DNA from: Candidatus Acetothermia bacterium
Lineage (GTDB): Bacteria; Bipolaricaulota; Bipolaricaulia; M55B111
Assembly (NCBI GenBank): GCA_046543235.1
Contig: JBKGZT010000021.1
Span: 1-22,068, forward strand
Length of the DNA stretch: 22,068 bases
Direction of reading: 5' to 3'
Shown here: one piece after another, positions 16,847 through 22,068 of the stretch
How positions within the stretch are numbered: position 1 is the first letter of the stretch
Layout of the letters: every line of letters begins with the position of its first letter
The notes under the pieces: generated by a model
The model's input: only the letters and a program-made list of their open reading frames with translations
The model's database searches: none
Told to the model about the DNA's origin: nothing
Translations under genes and position numbers: made by a program

Positions 16847-16888
16847 CTCTTTGAATTTTCCTGGTTCTGGTTTCGGGAGCGAGAAGGA

Positions 16889-18220
16889 TCAAGAAGGCAG
16901 GAGAGGTATCTGGACCGGCGTTAATATCTGTAAGGCGATTGCCAGTCCGGCGACTGCCGTAGTTATCAGAGTGGTTAAGGTTCCGTACTTTAACCAGTAT
17001 CTCATGGATATTGGCTCTTCGTGATCCTCGCTTATTTTTACGATCATTACGTTCGCGGAAGAACCCAGATAGGTAGCGTTTCCTCCAAACCCCGCACCAA
17101 AAGCCAGGGCCCACCAGAGTATATTCGAACTACCCGTCAGTTTAGCCGAAAGCGTACTGACTATCGGAAGCATAGCAGCCGTGAAGGGTATATTATCCAC
17201 CAGGCCGGAACCTAAGGCCGTAAGGAAGAGGATGGCGATGGCGGAGAAAAGGACGTCCCCCTTTGTCACGTGGAGTACTCCCTCGGCTATTTTGGTCAGT
17301 AACCCCGTGTTCACCACGCCATGGACGACGACGAAAAGGCCCGCGAAAAAGAGCAACGTACTCCACTCCACACGTTCCAGCAGTTCGTCCATATTTGGCT
17401 GGGTCATCAGGAGAATCAGCGTTGCCCCTGAAAGAGCCACCGTGGCCGGCGTTATCGCGAATAAACTATGGAGGATGAAGAGAACGATAATGAAGGCCAG
17501 GCCGAATAGCCCCTTTTTGAGCAAAGTCCAGTCGGCAACTTCGTCGGTTGCGTTTCTTTCCATTATCCCTTGAAGTGCTTCGTCATTGATTTTTTCGTTC
17601 TCCTGTTTTGCTTTATCGGCGAACACGGTTCTAAACAAAATTACAGAAACGAACAAACAGATCAGAACCGTTGGGGCGAGGTTGTATATGTAATCGAGGT
17701 AATGAAACCCGGCTGCCCCGGAAATCATGATGTTTGGAGGATCACCTACAAGGGTGGCTACTCCACCTACGTTTGAAAACAGCGCCTGAGTAAGCAGTAT
17801 CGGTTTCGGGTCGAGGCCGAGGACGGAGCTAATGGACATTGTTATCGGGGCGACGAGTAGAATAGTCGTTACGTTGTCAATAGTCGTGGACATGACGGCG
17901 GCTAAAAGCCCGAACAAAAGTATCATGCGGAAATATCTACCGCGGGAGAGTTTAGCAGCCCAGATGGCGAGCGTCTCGAAGATTCCCGAATCTTTCAACA
18001 CCCCAACCACCATCATCATTCCTAGCAGAAGTCCTATGGTGTTCCAATCTATCGCCTCCGCTATTACCTCCTGCTCGGTATAAAAACCGAAGAACAGTCC
18101 CGTAGCAACCATCAGTACGCCGCCGGAAATCGCCGCCAGAGACCTTTCGATACGATCGCTTAAGATGGCTGCATAAGTCCCGAGAAAGATCAGCGTGGAC
18201 ACTACTAGTTCAATACTCAT
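16889..18220 (-). CDS. ArsB/NhaD-superfamily ion transporter (SLC13/P-protein-like permease)
   Basis: IDWNTIGLLLGMM, IDNVTT, NVGGVATLVGDPPN, EWSTLLFFAGLF, VDNIPF, GGNATYLGSSAN; many TM segments. Confidence 0.92.
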   Translation of the reverse strand: MSIELVVSTLIFLGTYAAILSDRIERSLAAISGGVLMVATGLFFGFYTEQEVIAEAIDWNTIGLLLGMMMVVGVLKDSGIFETLAIWAAKLSRGRYFRMILLFGLLAAVMSTTIDNVTTILLVAPITMSISSVLGLDPKPILLTQALFSNVGGVATLVGDPPNIMISGAAGFHYLDYIYNLAPTVLICLFVSVILFRTVFADKAKQENEKINDEALQGIMERNATDEVADWTLLKKGLFGLAFIIVLFILHSLFAITPATVALSGATLILLMTQPNMDELLERVEWSTLLFFAGLFVVVHGVVNTGLLTKIAEGVLHVTKGDVLFSAIAILFLTALGSGLVDNIPFTAAMLPIVSTLSAKLTGSSNILWWALAFGAGFGGNATYLGSSANVMIVKISEDHEEPISMRYWLKYGTLTTLITTAVAGLAIALQILTPVQIPLLPS

Positions 18221-18407
18221 TCTAACGGAGATATTTCATGGAACATGTGGAGTGGGACGGCGTTTTCGGAAGAAACCGAAGGCCACTGAACGTTGTCTAC
18301 GGAAAGACCCTGAAAAGAAGTATATAAAACTTTGGTGGAGAAAATTGACCAGTTCATTTAGATCATGATAACTGGACCTAAAAGGTAAATCAACGTAGTC
18401 GAAGGGG

Positions 18408-19301
18408 TTATTCTGAAGCCTGGAACCGCGTTCCCCGGTCTTTGGCCCAGTTTAGCTTGTTTCTGACGGTCTGGAAGAAGTCACTTTGATCGTCGGGAAC
18501 GATCATTAAGGTCGGTGTCTCCGATTTGGCCATTTCCACGGTTTTACCTTCGTCGAGGCTCCCCACGTTTTTGCCGTCCACCTCTATTACTACGGGGGTG
18601 TTGGTTTTGACGCTTACGCTTGTGTCCTCGGAACATATTATCGGCCTCAAACCAAGTTTATGGACGTTGAGGGGGGTAATACCGAAAGCCGCCGTATTCC
18701 TCGTTATCAGTGGGCCACCACAGGAAAGCGAATAAGCCGTGGACCCAGTAGGGGTTGAGACGATTAGTCCGTCCCCGGGATAAGTAGCTACCTTCTTCGA
18801 ATCGAGGAAGAGCTCCAGTTCTGCCAGCCCCGCAGTGTCGCCTCGTGCTATCACGACTTCGTTTAATGCCGTAAATTCCCGATTCTTCCTTTCCCCGTCG
18901 TCCGGATTTACCCTGCACTTAAGTCTCGACAGTTCTTTTACGGTAAATCTTCCTCTTAATAGATCCTGGAGCCCCTCTTTTAACTCGAAGGAGTTAAGGC
19001 CGGCGAGAAAACCCAGTTTGCCCAGGTTGATTCCGAGCACCGGTACTCGGTAAGGGGCGATCATATCTGCTGCTCTGAGGAAGGTCCCATCTCCTCCCAG
19101 GCTCAGGAGGATCGTTTCCGGCCCGGTTCGTTCTAGAGTTTTCTCTATATCTCCCCGGTTTGCTACTTCCCGTAGCTTTATTCCGTTTTCCCGGACCAAG
19201 GCTGCTATCGTGGACTTTGCCTCTTCTACTTTCTCGCTATCCTTGCCGACATAGAGCAGAAAATTAAAATCTCGGGAAATTTTTTCTTCGCTCACGGTCA
19301 T
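18408..19301 (-). CDS. nadK: NAD(+) kinase
   Basis: LGGDGTFL, GINLGKLGFL, ALNE, DGLIVSTPTGSTAYSLSCGGP, RP, DG motifs. Confidence 0.97.
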   Translation of the reverse strand: MTVSEEKISRDFNFLLYVGKDSEKVEEAKSTIAALVRENGIKLREVANRGDIEKTLERTGPETILLSLGGDGTFLRAADMIAPYRVPVLGINLGKLGFLAGLNSFELKEGLQDLLRGRFTVKELSRLKCRVNPDDGERKNREFTALNEVVIARGDTAGLAELELFLDSKKVATYPGDGLIVSTPTGSTAYSLSCGGPLITRNTAAFGITPLNVHKLGLRPIICSEDTSVSVKTNTPVVIEVDGKNVGSLDEGKTVEMAKSETPTLMIVPDDQSDFFQTVRNKLNWAKDRGTRFQASE

Positions 19302-19303
19302 TG

Positions 19304-20071
19304 TTAAACGCCTTCCTCGTAGCTCCAGCTACAGAACAACCTCTCGATGAGATCAACTACCAGGTACAGTCCTAAACCGAGAGCTGCAAAAGCCAGGATC
19401 CCGGCAAAAACGTCGGAGTAGGCAAAAACCTTCCAGGAGTTTTCAATATAATAACCCAGCCCCTGGTTGGTGTAAGATAATTCGGCAAGATACAACGCGG
19501 CTATCCCTAGGCCGATGCTTATCCTTACGCTGCTCAAGATGTTCGGTAAAGTAGCCGGAATTACCACGTGCCTGTAGATTTGGAACCTGCTGCCCCCCGA
19601 GCTTTTTACGGCTTTTACCCATTGTGGCGGGATATTTTTGGCGGCGTCCCGGGCGCTTATAATGACCTGAAAAACGATGACAAGGAAAATAAATATGACC
19701 CTCGAGTAGTCACCCAGTCCGAAGATGATCAAAATAACCGGAAGGAAGACGATTTTCGGTATTGGGTATACCAGGTACAGTATGGGGGAAACGTACTTAT
19801 TGGCAACGTCCTCGAAACCAACGACCAGACCGGTTAGTGCCCCGAGCAAGACCCCTGCTGAAAGACCTATCACGAGCCGAAAAGCGCTCCGGACAAAGTT
19901 TGGCCAGATATCGGGCCAGTGGTCGACCAGCGTGTAAAAGGCGCTGATGGGTCCCGGGAGGACCGAACTCTCGGGACCGGATAAGAGGAGACCGACGAGC
20001 AGGCTGCTTGACCACCAGCCCAGGAGGATAACGACGAAACTGATCAGGTAACGCAATATTCCTCTCTTCAT
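19304..20071 (-). CDS. ABC transporter permease (NitT/TauT/SsuC type)
   Basis: LPGP, PIPKIVFLP, EAA-like loop AVKSSGGSRFQIYRHVVIPATLP, AE, GLGYYI. Confidence 0.93.
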   Translation of the reverse strand: MKRGILRYLISFVVILLGWWSSSLLVGLLLSGPESSVLPGPISAFYTLVDHWPDIWPNFVRSAFRLVIGLSAGVLLGALTGLVVGFEDVANKYVSPILYLVYPIPKIVFLPVILIIFGLGDYSRVIFIFLVIVFQVIISARDAAKNIPPQWVKAVKSSGGSRFQIYRHVVIPATLPNILSSVRISIGLGIAALYLAELSYTNQGLGYYIENSWKVFAYSDVFAGILAFAALGLGLYLVVDLIERLFCSWSYEEGV

Positions 20072-20781
20072 GGGAGCTCTCGCCTGGTTTTGCGTACGGT
20101 TTCGTAGAACTCTTCGCTTCCGCGATAATCCACGGACCCGGCCTCCCTGTTTTTTATCAGTGTTTTGAGGGAGGCGGGGGGTGAAGAAAGAACCGCGATG
20201 TTCTGGCCGAGAAAGGCCGCCTCCTCCATGTCGTGGGTTACCGTCAGGAGGGTAAGGTCCTTTTCGAGCCAGAGTTTGAGTATCTTGTTCTGGAGCTCCT
20301 CCCTCGTAAATTCGTCAAGAGAAACCAGAGGCTCGTCCATCAGCAGGACTTTCGGTTTGACCGCCAGCGCTCTGGCTAGTCCAAGTTTTCTCTTCTGACC
20401 CCCGGAGAGTTGAGAAGGTAGTTCATTTCTATAGTCATATAGGTCCAACTCACGGAGCAAGGTGTCGACAGTTGATTTATCGCCAGTATGGCCGAGGTCT
20501 AGTCCCAGGCTCGCGTTTTGTCGGACCGTTTTCCAGGGGAGTAAACCTATGTCCTGGAGTATAAGAGCTACTCTTTCTGCCCCTACCTCTATATCCATTT
20601 CGCCGGTGTACTTCCCGTGGAGACCTGCGAGGGTATGGAGCAAAGTCGTCTTGCCACAGCCGTTTGGACCGATTATACACAGGCTATCTCCATCGGATAC
20701 ACGGAGGTTGAGTCCTGAAATGATTTTCTTACTCCCCCCATCGTTTTCGTACAGCACGTCCAAATTTTTAACCCTGATCAT
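20068..20781 (-). CDS. ABC transporter ATP-binding protein (NitT/TauT type)
   Basis: Walker A GPNGCGKT, LLPWKTV..N, LSGGQ, Walker B LLMDEP, VTHDMEEA. Confidence 0.96.
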   Translation of the reverse strand: MIRVKNLDVLYENDGGSKKIISGLNLRVSDGDSLCIIGPNGCGKTTLLHTLAGLHGKYTGEMDIEVGAERVALILQDIGLLPWKTVRQNASLGLDLGHTGDKSTVDTLLRELDLYDYRNELPSQLSGGQKRKLGLARALAVKPKVLLMDEPLVSLDEFTREELQNKILKLWLEKDLTLLTVTHDMEEAAFLGQNIAVLSSPPASLKTLIKNREAGSVDYRGSEEFYETVRKTRRELP

Positions 20782-21877
20782 CTTTATTCCCTGCGATGTC
20801 TCCTGAAGAGCTATCGATTACGCGTTCGTAAGGGACCTCCTTGGGTAGAAAGCCTTTATCGATTGCCCAGTCCATTACCGAATCATAGATTGATTCATCG
20901 AGTGGCTCCGGGGAGGAGAAAGTTGGAACTTCGAAGAGGTTCGCGAAGTCTTCGTCAAATTCGGTACGTTCTACTGCGTTTTTCAGGTTGGGAAAGGTTC
21001 CGGTGATGATCTCGGTGGCCAAATTGAGAAGCTGCAAATTATTGCTGTTGTTGGTTTCTTCCAGGGCTCGGTTCCACCCGTCGTAAAATTTCCGAACGAG
21101 TTCAGATGACCCCTCCAGGAATCTCTGGTTGAATACGAATACGAAAGGAGGGATTGTTACCCCTTCGTAAGTTTTGAGTAAATTGGGCTGATGGCCCTGA
21201 AAATCGGGGTTCTCCAGGGCAAGAGTCAGGAGCGGTTCCGGGAGCACTGCGGAGATATAATTACCGTTAAGAAGTCCGGTCATGCGGGATATCAGGTCTT
21301 CACCGTCCAGGTAGTAGTTCGCGTCGTTAATCGAAATACCGCTGGATTTTATCAGTTCATCGGTTGAATAATGTTCGTCTCTCCGTTTAGCGAGGACGAT
21401 AGATTTTTTCCCGGACTTATCCAGCCATTCCTCGAGGAGTTCTTCTAAGGTGTTGATTTCGTACAGGTTGCTGGTGATTAAACCGGCGTATCTGTCCATC
21501 GCATTTGGGGTGAAAGCAGTTGATTTGACCTTTAGATTCCCGGTTCCCTGTACTCCGTAAATTGCACTGGCCAGGTCGGTGATGCTGCAGTCCGCCTTGC
21601 CCCCGCTAACCAATCTGGCCGCGTCGCTGGGGCTTTTAGATGGTATAAGAGATATTTCCAGCTGGTTTGATTCGAACGCGTTTTTGTCCGTGTCGTCGAG
21701 ATAGAATGACCCCTGAGTTCCCTTTACCAGGGGTAGAGCGGCCATGGTCGGAGGGTAGGCAACTCTGACTTCGGCCAGTTCCCCGTCCCCGGATTGCGAA
21801 AAAGCAGAACCCCCGAAAGCGGTGGAAAGAGCGGCGACTCCTGTAAATTTGATAAAGTTCCTTCTCGTTAATTTCAT
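20768..21877 (-). CDS. ABC transporter substrate-binding protein with twin-arginine signal peptide
   Basis: MKLTRRNFIK Tat motif, AFS cleavage site; VRVAY.P..AALP, G..D, G...AVLPEP resembling SsuA/TauA/NMT1-type binding proteins; first gene of the ABC cluster. Confidence 0.85.
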   Translation of the reverse strand: MKLTRRNFIKFTGVAALSTAFGGSAFSQSGDGELAEVRVAYPPTMAALPLVKGTQGSFYLDDTDKNAFESNQLEISLIPSKSPSDAARLVSGGKADCSITDLASAIYGVQGTGNLKVKSTAFTPNAMDRYAGLITSNLYEINTLEELLEEWLDKSGKKSIVLAKRRDEHYSTDELIKSSGISINDANYYLDGEDLISRMTGLLNGNYISAVLPEPLLTLALENPDFQGHQPNLLKTYEGVTIPPFVFVFNQRFLEGSSELVRKFYDGWNRALEETNNSNNLQLLNLATEIITGTFPNLKNAVERTEFDEDFANLFEVPTFSSPEPLDESIYDSVMDWAIDKGFLPKEVPYERVIDSSSGDIAGNKDDQG

Positions 21878-21899
21878 TTTTCACTTCCCCGGGGAAACC

Positions 21900-21924
21900 T
21901 TCGTCAAAATTTTAACTTGACGAA
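21900..21924. promoter_or_regulatory. Inverted repeat, candidate operator of the ABC operon
   Basis: TTCGTCAA-N9-TTGACGAA abutting the -10 box and covering the predicted TSS. Confidence 0.5.
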
Positions 21925-21952
21925 TTATAGCTTAGGGGTCTGTTGCCTTCAA
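21924..21952 (-). promoter_or_regulatory. Sigma70 promoter of the ABC-nadK operon
   Basis: Minus strand TTGAAG (21952-21947), 17 nt, TATAAT (21929-21924). Confidence 0.7.
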
Positions 21953-22068
21953 TTCTACGAACATTCGTGCTTAAGTTAAAAGGGGTAGGAGTTACGATAT
22001 CGAGCAGTGCGGACTCTTGAAATCCCCCCACCAAACCACTATATTTTCTAGCGCATCATGTGGCAATT

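Noticed and set aside
16847-16888. Possible bidirectional terminator between the amidase and ArsB/NhaD genes
   Set aside because: Only a weak wobble-rich stem and no flanking U tracts
21982-22033. GGGG...TTGAAATCCCCCCACCA, tRNA-like 3' end
   Set aside because: About 52 nt with no cloverleaf, D arm or anticodon arm; only an irregular hairpin
1-22068. Mobile elements, CRISPR arrays, defence or toxin-antitoxin systems
   Set aside because: No transposase, integrase, cas or regularly spaced repeats seen; all long ORFs are housekeeping, envelope or transport genes

Overview
Tightly packed housekeeping region of a bacterial chromosome with 21 credible CDSs and no IS, integrase, CRISPR array, rRNA or tRNA. 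Gene order: YugP-like Zn peptidase-rpe-ribD (+); WecA/TagO-type transferase (-) head-to-head with holB-ricT/yaaT (+); a long minus-strand run miaB-PfkB kinase-CBS protein-proS-GT2, then rho-murA-hflX; secreted thioredoxin-fold protein and Amidase_3 (+); NitT/TauT-type ABC transporter-nadK and an ArsB/NhaD-type transporter (-). Soluble proteins are strongly acidic, which suggests a halophile (inference). The best signals are non-coding. (1) A perfect TTGACA-17-TATAAT promoter points into ~570 nt of extensively base-paired, apparently non-coding sequence upstream of rho; I cannot assign it to a known RNA family. (2) A ~200-nt rod-shaped, 6S-RNA-like element lies between miaB and the thioredoxin gene. 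All RNA structures were folded by eye and all family assignments come from motif recognition, not database searches.
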